Source of the DNA: Priapulus caudatus
Lineage: Eukaryota
Assembly: GCF_000485595.1 (NCBI RefSeq)
Contig: NW_014577074.1
Coordinates: forward strand, 1,500,467-1,545,185
Reading direction: 5' to 3'
DNA: 44,719 bases
Below, in pieces: positions 12,341 to 24,759 of this stretch; the stretch's first letter is position 1, and each line of letters starts with the position of its first letter. The translations under genes were made by a program, and so were the position numbers. The notes under the pieces are model-generated. The model searched no databases and had not been told where the DNA came from. It saw nothing but the letters and a program-made list of their open reading frames with translations.

Positions 12341-15300
12341 CACGCACGCACACACACACACGCACGCACACACACGCACGCGCGCACGCGCGCGAGCGGG
12401 GAAGGGGGTCGAATTGATATTGAACGTTATTACCTCCGCGCAACGGAGTTGCAGGGAGGTAATGTAATCGCTCTCGTGTGTGTGTTCGTGTGTGTGTGTG
12501 TAGCCAGCAGCGAGCCAGCTGTTATACACATGTATACATGTTACACGCGTTGGCGCGATCGATTCAGCACCAGCTCGCCTTAGGGCGTCCAGTCAGCAGC
12601 AGCTCGCCTTAGGGCGTCCAGTCAGCAGCAGCTCGCTTTAGGGCGTCCAGTCAGCAGCAGCCAGCAGCGAGCCAGCTGTTTATGCCAGCATGTTACACGC
12701 TCGCGGAGGTATGCACTCTCTTTGAGTGCCCTCTGTCTAGTTTGTATAAGCCACAGAGACCGTTTTCGGCGTTTTTTTTAGTACTTCACTTGTACTTCAC
12801 TTGAGCTCTGATACAATCAGGAGACGAACTTTGTCTCATTAACTCCTGATACAATGCATTTGATCAATGTAATTTCTACTCCCTGTAGACTGCGCGATCA
12901 GTCGTAAACATAACGCACATGCAGTGTCAGTGCGAAAATCCACGTTTATTTCTTAGCGAGAAGTTTTGGTACCGTAGCTATAAGAGGAGATCGAGCCATC
13001 TGCCGTAATAACATCACACTATATGTCTCAGCGAGGTGGGGTTCCAGCAGCAACGGCACATGGTTGTGGTTGGTTCGTGAGCTAGCGCGCATAAACTTGC
13101 GGGTTCTGGCGCAGGCGGCTCGCACAACGAGCTGATCGTGGGAACGAAGGTAATTTTGCCGCTGGGAATGTAAAACTGATAATAAACAGCTAGATTAGCG
13201 ATGTTTTGATTACCCGACGCATCGTCATTTTAGCTGTTTTCGGTTTACGACGGCTCTCCGCAGAAAAGTTGCTGCTTTGCGGACAACGCAGTAAAAGCAA
13301 TTGTCAGCCCACGTACAACCCGCTCTATAAGTGCAATTGTTTGGCCGCTTTGGCCGTTACAATACTAAAATGATGGTTAGTAATAAAAACAAATTGTGTT
13401 TACTACCAGTAGTCTTAATATTTACCTACTCACTCTTTCTTTCTGTTGGTTTGTGCACAGCGGCGTGCATGCGGTGAGACTATGTTGCAGGAGGAGCAGT
13501 TGAACGGCATTTTTTGCCGTTCGTTGCGCGGAATTTTCGCGGTTTCGGAATTTTCGCGGAAGTTGCGCGGCCGTTCGTTGCCGCCGTTGCGTGGAATTAT
13601 TTGCCGATATAGGCGATACATAATTAAGACTTTGGTAGTAAATTCGATTTGTGTTAATTTACCATTACATTACCATACATTTTATTATTGAAACGGGCCA
13701 AGTGTCCGTGGGTCAGGGTGCTGATCTCGCTGTTGTCATATAACGTGTCGGTCAACATTGACGGAGCTGCGCTGATCCATGCAGAATGTACAGTAGAATG
13801 TACGTGTAGAATAACATATGTCACCCCCACCCCCACCCCCACCCCACCCCACCCCGGTTGTTTGTCACCACATTTGCAGGTCAAGTGCCTGACGTTGGGG
13901 ACGTACGCCAAAATATTGTCATTTTTCGATGTTGTCCCACATCAGGTGTATAAAACGTCGACAGATTTTTCCTGTCTCGCAAAAAGCGTGCACTTGCCTC
14001 CTCTCCCTCTGTCACTCAAAATGACTCTGCTCTTTGACCCGCTATACCGGCCAGTGTGTGCGCGTGGCCAAGAAAGTGGGAGAGCCCTAGCATAACATGT
14101 ACAGCGCCGGCTAAATATGGCAGAGAGATCGGTAGTACCGCAGCAGCAGCATGTGGTACGGGTAATGTGATATCTGACATCAGGCAGGCTTGCAGAAGCT
14201 TTCTGCCGCAGCAGTAGTAGTACCGGGTTGCCTCGCCACTCAATTCGCTCGCAATTCAATCAATCAGCAAAGTTTTGCACAGTAAGTGGGTGTACAAGTT
14301 GTATACCCTCTAATGTTTGCAGTATAGAGTTGACATCACTGTTATATGACAACGACTCCGTTCAGGCTGGCTTTTTTGGGGTGTTTTAGACCAGTTATTC
14401 ATTCGGTTATACAATACAGGAAGCAAAAGTGCACGACACATGTGCAACTGTTGCACTGTATAGAAATTGCACCGTTTTCCCCTTTCGGCGCGGAAGAGTT
14501 ATAATATCTTGTTAATTACGTTATATTATTATGAGGCTGCAGCTGATGGAAATCGTGGAGAAGGAAACTGATGTGTAACAAATAAGGTAGCGTACATTAA
14601 CGCGTAGCGTAATGCCAGAGCTCTGACTCTAAGCGGGTGTCAGTACGTTCGTTGAGATACGGCCTATTATAATTACGGCGAATGTCGCTATTAGGGGCAT
14701 GTTCGCTTCGCTGCGCGAGGAAACGAAATACAGAGCAGGGGCATGTTCGCTTCGTTTCGCTGGACTTCGCTGGACTTAGCTGGTCGGGCGAGCAAAAATT
14801 AGACTGGGGTATGTTTGTTTCGTTTCGCTGGACTTCGCTGGACTTCGCTGGTCGAGCAAGCAAAATTGAGACTGGGGCATGTTCGCTTTGTTTCGCTGGA
14901 CTTCGCTGGTGAAGCAAGCAAAATTGAGACTGGGTCTCGTTTCGATTTTGCTTGCTCGAGCAACGAAGTCCATCGAAGTCAAGCGAAACAAAGCGAACAT
15001 GCCCCCACTCTGTATTTCGTGTGCTCGAGCAGCAAAGTCCAGCGAAGTCCAGCAAAACGAAGCGAACATGCCCCCACTCTGTATTTCGTGTGCTCGAGCA
15101 GCAAAGTCCAGCGAAGTCCAGCAAAACGAAGCGAAATATGCCCCCACTTTATATTTCGTTTGCTCGCGCAGCGAAGGCGAACGAAACGAAGCGAACATAT
15201 CTCTCATCTAAGTAGTTCATCTTAATTTTGCTTGCTCGAGCAACGAAGTCCAGAGAAGTCCAGCGAAACGAAGCGAACATACCCCACTACCCCAGTCTCA

Positions 15301-18265
15301 ATTTTGCTTGCTCGAGCAACGAAGCCCAGCAAAGTCCAGCGAAACGAAGCGAACATGCCCCCGCTCTGTATTTCGCTTGCTCGCGCAGCCAAGGCGCGCA
15401 AGTTTAATAGCTATTTTATATCGTTATATTACCCCCCCCTTAATATCTATTTCATATATCTAACCCCCCTTGGTATCTAATTTATATCGATTCGCCCCAC
15501 CCCCTTTATATCTCTTTTATATCACGACATTAATGACATTAAAGTTGGGATGCTGCTATGCTTTTCCTTTACAGTACTGCTCGCTTGTATTATGTGTTCA
15601 GTGGCGTCGAAATTGAATATGACGTAGTGCTCTTTAGAAATCTTTAAATGCTCGCGCATTGCATATGTGCATTCCACGTCGCTCCACGGAACGCGCTTCT
15701 GTCGACATTAAATATTAACAGCGCAATTATTTTAATAGCCTCGTGCAATGTTGGAGCCAGAGAGCTTAGAGTGGAACATGCAGACTAATTTTAATAGCAT
15801 GGAGAGGATTAATCATAATGTTACCATGACGTCTCCGCTGTTTTTCTTATTACTCTTATTACTTTTCTTACTGTGCGTGGGAGCCAGGAAGGAGGAGATT
15901 GTCTCAACGGCAAAGATGCCGTGGCTTGTGACAGAGATTTGCGAGCGTTAGTGGAATGTATAAGTGTGTGTGGGTTGGAATGATGAGGGTGACGATGATA
16001 ATGGTGACAGTTTGATATGTACAGTATTTAATGAATCAAACGATATATGGTTAATTATATAGACCGGTGTATAAATGTTCGCGTATCTTCATATAGTTAC
16101 TCTTTTATGTATTGTACGATACGTCTAGTGAGTGAGACGGACTGTCAACCACTGTCATCTAGTAGGTTTCCTTTCAAATAGCGCGCGACATCAGTCACGC
16201 ACGCTACTGCAGCACGTCTACGTTTTTACTCGGCGACTTCCAAGAAAACTCACAATGATTGCCATACAGCAGATCTCTCCTGAGTAATAAAAACTGAAGC
16301 GGTGTCTCGATCTTGTGAATTGCGTGCCACAGGTATTAATTGCGGTTTCTCAGGCAGTTGCTATTAATTTTGGTTCCAGCGGTAACCTTTTTTGCCACGA
16401 GAGTGCGATTTGGTTAATATTAAAAGAAATATAACGTATTGTTGGCTGTCAGTCATCGCATGTGAATGGCATAGAATGGCAGTATTCGGTGAATTCTGAA
16501 CATTGCAGGGGACTGACATGTTTCAATAGCAACGCGTATATAAGCGAATGTACCGTTATTTGAGTCAACGTAAAGAATTCGGAGTGAAATGACTAGTATT
16601 TATTTTCTATACATACTTTCATCATGATGTAAAGATCGAGCTCATTAACATGCACATGCTAGTGGGCCCCTGAAGTGCGTGGGTGGCGGTTCGTTATATA
16701 ACACTGGAACGGTCACCACGTTGAATACGGGCTTCTACATATAGTGCTCAAGTCACGTCAAGCTCTCGCTGACACGCTATCCATTCGTCACCTTTAGGTT
16801 CACCCCCATTTTCAATTTTACTTCATGTGAAGAATTCTGTCATCGCTTTATTGACTGACTCCCTGTATAAGCGGTTGGAAATCAACCTGATCGCTGCGGA
16901 GTAATGCCTGCAGTGAGTAAAACTCGTCTGGGACAGACTAAACGTCGGCTGAACTCTATTAAAACCAGGTTGCACGCTCTTTAGCGCGCTTGTGACATAT
17001 CTCTATTTTTACTGGCAATATTTTCCTTGGTTCATTTCTGTTCACCGTTCGAGTATGAGGTTACTCACTCAATGTGGCATGGCTGTATTCCAGTCGCATG
17101 CATGTTGCCACTGCATGAAAACTGTACATGACTTCCCGTTCCCGAACATACGTACCGTTCCTGGCACATCTATGTTATATATTCATTATGTCCCTATATC
17201 TCATCGTATTTGGCGCGTATGCCCCCTTATTGGGACGATGTTGGTTAAGTAATTCTTACAACCATTAAAAATTCTGTAAAACCTTCAAAAGAAAGCGATT
17301 AGTTGCGTTGAAACAATCACAAAGTTTACTGCGCAACTGTCTGCCATGATAATTACCTGATATGTGCCGATGTGGCGCGAAAGCTTTTATATATTTGGCT
17401 GCAAAGCTTGGTAAAGCTGCTACATACGCCGCTATCGAGTGCGAAAGCACCTTCCCATGTAACTGTGTAAGGCGTGAGTCAACGATCTCTATATGATATT
17501 ACCACCTGCACTTACCTGTGTTTGTTGTGACACATACAATGTGTACCTCAGATATATATTACTGCAGATAACGGTGTCCATGATACACCGGCAAAGCCAC
17601 CGACACTATATCTACGCATGCTCGTGCAAATTGAGATGTTGTCAATTGACATTCGTTTTAAATTCAGCGGCCTAGCTCACTTACAACCGTTTCGTTATGT
17701 TCTTTAAACAATAACCTGTTCCTGATAGATATCAGACGTGGTTTGTTCGAGAATAATGCAATTAGACAGGATGTGCAGTTCTGAGAAGGAGATTATCTAA
17801 TTGTACCCGGAGGACTTAAGAGTGTCTTGTCTTTCTGATGACGTGATACAATAAATTGTCAAGCCCACAACAGAATCTTTCAACATCGACTTACAGCAGC
17901 TGAGAAGTTCGTTGTCTTATTCAGCTAGTATAAGCAACCGCAACGAACGTGGCCAGACGTGGCTGTCTGAAGGCAGCCAAATATCTTTTGCACGCAAACA
18001 TTTGTACTTGCGAATATGATATATGTATATATCAGGAGTACGTGACGTGGAGCATATATTAGACTGTATGACGCCCACCTCTGAATGTTTATTCGGATCC
18101 ACATGCAAAATTGTATCTATATAGAGAGGTAAAAGGTCAAAAATAGTATATATGTACTTTTTCGATAATGGTATTTAATTAGATATAGTCCTACGTTTAA
18201 CGTGATGTATGTAGGACAGGGTTGGCGTTGCGTGCCTGTGTTCCTGTCTATCTGTCTCTCTCTCT

Positions 18266-18316
<51 letters not shown>

Positions 18317-21300
18317 NNNNNNNNNNGACAACGCAATGCGCACACGCGCGTGTGCTTCCTCTCGCGATCACCACCAGACTCCCGACCCCTACACACCTCT
18401 TCTCCCTCCAAAACCCCGCCATAATCCCAAATGTCTTCACCCGCTCTGCTCACTACCCATTTCACAGTCACCCTAAAAACTCCCGACCTAAAACACGTTT
18501 ACAATTCTCCCTATAACATCAATGTAGCCGCAACAAGATGCGCGACGCTCTGTCTACACAGACCACCACCAAAACAACCCCCAGCCCAGCCTCGCTGACT
18601 AATTCATGCAACACCTGCAAAACACATGTTACACTATTATTAATTTGTTACTTGACAACAACGTTTTTGCCCACAACCAACACAACCCGCCCACCCCTCC
18701 ACATACGGAAATACATAGTTCCCGCTGACTGGCTGGAGTAAGTTGGTCCCGAGCATTCGTAATAGAATGTTCTATAGCCTTGCGGCAACTGTACGCGGGC
18801 TATATAGTACTAGAGCTAATAATGATCATGCATGCATGGTAGTAGCTCTAAGACTATAGCCCGCGTACAGTTGCCGCAGGAGCTATAGCACGGTCGGTAG
18901 GCCTACTGTCACATGCGTCTAAACAGAGGAATTGCTCCGACCTGTGATTGGAGGATAAAAATAGACCCCGCACACTCCCGCCGCATACGCTATTATGCTA
19001 TGACCGGTAGAAACGTGTACTATCATATGGAGCGAACGATTTGTGTTAGTGTTACATTTATATAAATTCTAGCTATTATAGACACATATGTCTTAGCCTT
19101 AATTTTTTAATTAATGTTTTAGCCTTAATTTTGTTCTCTGTGAATTTTGAGTCTATTGAAGCGCGATTATAGTCTAATTAATTAGCAAATATGCACGTGC
19201 GGCTATGACCGGTGAAACGAAACGTCACGAATTAGATTTTTATCCTCCAATCACAGGTCGGAGCCTGCGGCCTGCTTGCCTCTGTTTAGACGCATGTTAT
19301 TATTATTAATATTATTATTATTAAATCTTTATTGCATGAATTCAGATACAAATACATGTACTGACGACAGTTTTTTTCATGGAGAAAAAAATAGGATAAA
19401 AGCAATAGTGTCGAGTACTAGTTAAAATGATAAAATTTCTGACGGATACAGTAGTGTCAGTACAATTATAATACAACATGAAGAAAAAATATATACACAA
19501 AAACAAACAAACTTCAGCATATTCTGTACTACCGGTACTACTACTACTAGTAAAGTGATTAAGACAACACGAAGAAAAAATACTAAACTATAAATAGGGT
19601 AGGTCTACCAGAAAAAAAACGCCCCTATACTGCTATAGGCTATAGTCTATACAACTGAGTAGGCCCACAGGCACCTATATCTAACACGATCCCCCAATGC
19701 GAGCACCGAAGGTGTGCACCGAAGGTCTCACACCTTCGGTGCTCGCATTGGGGGATTTAGATATAGGTGCCTGTGAGTAGGCCTAGCCGCCTACCACTGT
19801 ACCACTAGGCACTACCATTACAAGTACTTTTAGTAAGTTTCACATTTTTAACTTACTCCCTATTCAATGTTACAGTCTTCAATATAGTCTCATTGACTTT
19901 GAATACTATTAATATTATGTTACTCCGATGTTATGAGGAGGCGCAATAACATTACAATGTAAACAAACATGTTCACGCATACTTCACATACACGCAAGGC
20001 TGAGACGCAAGGCACTCACAAGGGCATTTTATGGATGTTCACTTGAAACTCCGAACATGCGCACTCAAAACTCTAAATTCGTTTCAAAATTGACCGCTCT
20101 TTGGCTGGCGGCAGCACCGTCCAATGACACGAGAAAATTTTATGTTTGAATATGACTCTTTGGCGCCATCTCGCGTGAAAAATAATTATAAAGTGCGCAT
20201 AGCTATATGAAACAAACCGTAATCTAATAATTAAATAATCTAACTATTAAATAATCCAATTAAATAACCGTAATTTAATAATCTAAACCGACTCTAATAA
20301 TTACACTCCTAATATCACCAGGAGTGTATAATATCGACTATATATAATATATATACATAAATTTACTTATGTAGATACATATAAATATCGTAATAACAAA
20401 TATAATATAAATAATTATATAAATATTAAGATATAATAAATATAATAATATAATAAAGATAATAGATATATATATATAAATATAATATATAAATATATAT
20501 ATAATAAATTTTATTCTATATATTAATATAATAAAATATAATTATAAATTGCGCATAGCTATATGAAATAAACCGTAATATAGACTCTAATAATTACACT
20601 CCTGATATCACCAGGAGTGTAGAATATAGACTATATATAATTGTAAATTGACTTATGTAGATACATATAAATATCGTCTATAGTATATTATACACTACTG
20701 GTGATATCAAGTGTGTAATTATTACAGTCTATATTATGGGTTATTTCATATAGCTATGCGCACTTCTTTATAATTATTTTTCCCGCGAGATGGCGCCAAA
20801 GAGTCATATTCAAACATGAAATTTCCCCGTGTCATTGGACGGTGGCGCCGCCAGCGAAAGAGCGGTCAATTTTGGAACGAGTTTGGAGTTTCGAGTGCGC
20901 ATGTTTGGAGTTCCAAGTGAGCATCCATAAAATGTCAATAAAATAAATTCAAAGTCAATGAGACTATATAAGTATATTGAAGAATGTAAGATTGAAATCT
21001 ATGAATATGTGACTTACTAAAAGTTATCAATAGTTCTTTCTTTGTATGGTTTTGTGGACAATGACAAGGACAGTACAGAAAATTTTACCTTTGAATAACG
21101 TCATTCAGGACAACCTTACGATTCTTACACTAATCCTAGCTCTAGTACTATAGCCCGCGGATCGCTGCCGCAAGTTTTGCAAGTTTTACAGTGGCTGGCC
21201 GAACGGGGTTTAGTGTCAAACAATGTTGACTGCCCTTATTGTAATGACTAATGAACGTTGCACGCTCAACCGCTACGCGCAGGGACAGGATGGATGGAGG

Positions 21301-24300
21301 TGGCGATGTAGCCTCGGCTCGACAACTTCTCTCAATCTGTACGGCATAATTCGTTTTTTCACGGAAGCCATTTGCCTCTGAACAAGCTTGTTTTGGTCAT
21401 CTACATGTGGGTTTGTGATTTCACCCAAGTACAGATCATTCGCGAAGCGTATGTCGCTCCAACAACAATTATTGACTGGTGTAATTTCATGCGGGAAATT
21501 TGCGAGCAGTACATAGAGGACAATCCACAAGAACGGGGAGCCCATCGTCGTTGAGATCGACGAGAGTAAATACTTTCATCGAAAGTATCATCGCGGTCAA
21601 TGGCGAGAAGGGCATTGGGTTTTTGGTGCAGTAGAACGACATACTGGACGCAGCTGCCTTGTGGAGGTGCCCAACCGACGCCGTGACACTCTTCTCCCCA
21701 TCATCCAATGCTGGATTTTACCAGGGAGCCGCATCATCTCCACGTGTTCTCGATCAGCTGCGTATGTATTGTCGGATCATCTGGATCAACGAAGTTCCGC
21801 TGGTGGACGATGACATCATGCATGTAAATGTCAAGCAGGGCAATATCAGCGTATGCGGCCCAGCCATCTGACGTATGTGTGTGTGTGTGCGTGTGTGTAA
21901 CACGGGTGTCTCGGGCTACTTTTTTCGGCGACCTTTGCAACTAAACTTGAAAATGTCGCGCGATCGCGCCCCGGCTAAAAGGCTGTTAAACAACTATAAC
22001 TGTTCAGTTGTTGCTTTTTTTAATCGGCCAATAAAATTTGTTGAGACGGGGCGTTTTTACGAGCCGGTCGGTAAAGGGGAAACAAGCAATATTTTACCTT
22101 AGGCTCCGTTTAGTTAGATAAAAAATAAACAATTTTTAAAATCGAAATACTTTATTACGTGGAAGTCAAAAACAACAACATAACACAACATGACATAACA
22201 TGATCAAACTGACCCACGATCGATCTCTCTCACCTCTCCCTCTCCCTCTCCCTCTCTCCCTCTATCTCTCACACTCTCATACTTACACAACATAAATCAC
22301 ACAAATACAAATGATCATTTTGCCGAACTTGTTGGGACCAACTCCCTGTCGCCATGAGAACTCCGCAAGATACGATGGGAACAATGCGACGGTGGTTCCG
22401 TGCTGACAACGTATCTTTCTTTTGGCCCGCACGCGTGCCGTGCTGCGGCGGCATTTCATTGATGTATGGGGAGGGGGGGGGCTGTGTTGGCAGACTATCC
22501 CTTCTCCTCTTACTCCTCCACCAGCTTCTCCCTTCTCCCCCTCCTCCACCAGCTCCCTTCTCCCCCTCCTCCACCAGCTCCCTTCTCCCCCTCTTCCTCC
22601 ACCAGCTCCCTTCTCCCCCTCCTTCTCCCCTTCCTCCTTCTCCACTAGCTTCTCCCCTCCTCCTCTCCACCAGCTTCTCCCCCTCCTCCTTCTCCACCAG
22701 CTTCTCCCCTCCTCCTTCTCCACCAGCTTCTCCCGGTGGAGAAGGAGGAAGGGGAGAAGTAGGAGGGGAGAAGCTGATGGAGAAGGAGGAAGGGGAGAAT
22801 TCTGTCAATCCTGTCCCACAAAACTCAATTTTGTGAACACAAAACTCAATTCTGTCAATCCTGTTCCACAAAACTCAATTTTGTCAGCTCATTTGCATAT
22901 GTTTCGATTTTGTGGCCCAAATATGGCACACGCATGTAAGAAGGGCTACCATTGGTCAGAAACTGGGCTGGAGAAATGGGTCACTCCATGGCGACAGGTG
23001 TAGCGCGAAATTTCTGACTTGCGAAATATCTGAGATAGCCCCGCCCCCGCGCCTATGCGCACGCGCACTTCGCGTGCGTCCCGACCCGACCAATCACAGC
23101 TCGTCTTTGTGTGCGAAATTTATGACCTGCGAAATATATGATATAGGATGCGTATGCGCATGCGCACTTCGCATATATGCTCAAATATGGCGATTTCCAC
23201 TTCAGCTAAGACACCAGCTGGTGGAGAAGGAGGAAGGGGAGAAGCTGAACACAAAACTCAAACAAAATTGAGTTTTGTGGGACAGGATTGACAGAATTGA
23301 GTTTTGTGTTACAAAATCGAGTTTTGTGGGACAGGATTGACAGTGTTTTGTGTTCACAAAATTGAGTTTTGTCCACAAAATTGACTTTTGTGAGACAGAA
23401 TTGAATTTTGTGCACAAAAGTGAGTTTTGTGTTCACAAAATTGAGTTTTGTGAGACAGAATTGAGTTTTGTGCACAAAAGTGAGTTTTGTGAGACAGAAT
23501 TGAGTTTTGTTAGACAAAATTGAGTTTTGTCCCACAAAACTCATTTTTGTCAAGTTTATAGGTACAAAAATGGATTTTGTTGACAAAATTGAGCCATGTC
23601 CTACTTGGCGCCCCGTACGTATGCTCCCCTATGGGACGAAGTTGGTTAAGTAATTCTTACAACCATTAAAAATTCTATAAAACCTTCAAAGGAAAGCGAT
23701 TAGTTGCGTTGAAACAATCACAAAGTTTACTGCGCAACTGTCTGCCATGATAATTACCTGATATGTGCCGATGTGGCGCGAAAGCTTTTATATATTTGGC
23801 TGCAAAGCTTGGTAAAGCTGCTACATACGCCGCTATCGAGTGCGAAAGCACCTTCCCATGTAACTGTGTAAGGCGTGAGTCAACGTTTACGATCTCTATA
23901 TGATATTACCACCTGCACTTACCTGTGTTTGTTGTGACACATACAATGTGTACCTCAGATATATATTACTGCAGATAACGGTGTCCATGATACACCGGCA
24001 AAGCCACCAACACTATATCTACGCATGCAAATTGAGATGTTGTCAATTGACATTCGTTTTAAATTCAGCGGCCTAGCTCACTCACTTACAACCGTTTCGT
24101 TATGTTCTTTATACAATAACCTGTTCCTGATATCAGACGTGGTTTGTTCGAGAATAATGCAATTATAGAAATGATGTGCAGTTCTGAGAAGGAGATTATC
24201 TAATTGTACCCGGAGGACTTAAAAAGAGTGTCTTGTCGAGCTCTGATGACTTGATACAGTAAATTGCCAAGCCCACAACAGAATCTTTCAACATCGACTT

Positions 24301-24703
24301 ACAGCAGCTGAGAAGTTCGTTGTCTTATTCAGCTAGTAACCGCAACCGCAACGAACCGCTAGTATAAGCAACCGCAACGAACGTGGCCAGACGTGGCTGT
24401 CTGAAGGCAGCCAAATATCTTTTGCACGCAAACATTTGTACTTGCGAATATGATATATGTATATATCAGGAGTACGTGACGTGGAGCATATATTAGACTG
24501 TATGACGCCCACCTCTGAATGTTTATTCGGATCCACATGCAAAATTGTATCTATATAGAGAGGTAAAAGGTCAAAAATAGTATATATGTACTTTTTCGAT
24601 AATGGTATTTAATTAGATATAGTCCTACGTTTAACGTGATGTATGTAGGACAGGGTTGGCGTTGCGTGCCTGTGTTCCTGTCTATCTGTCTCTCTCTCTC
24701 TCG

Positions 24704-24759
<56 letters not shown>

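Noticed and set aside
21178..22432. Horizontally acquired bacterial IS1595 element
   Set aside because: Motifs such as RKYHRG, WVFG and HTQxIExxW, plus a poly(A) signal, match the eukaryotic Merlin superfamily that is widespread in animals.
22269..23586. Pro/Ser- or Glu/Gly-rich ORFs of 120-200 aa
   Set aside because: Low-complexity tandem repeats; only 22283-22432 is genuine transposase-derived sequence.
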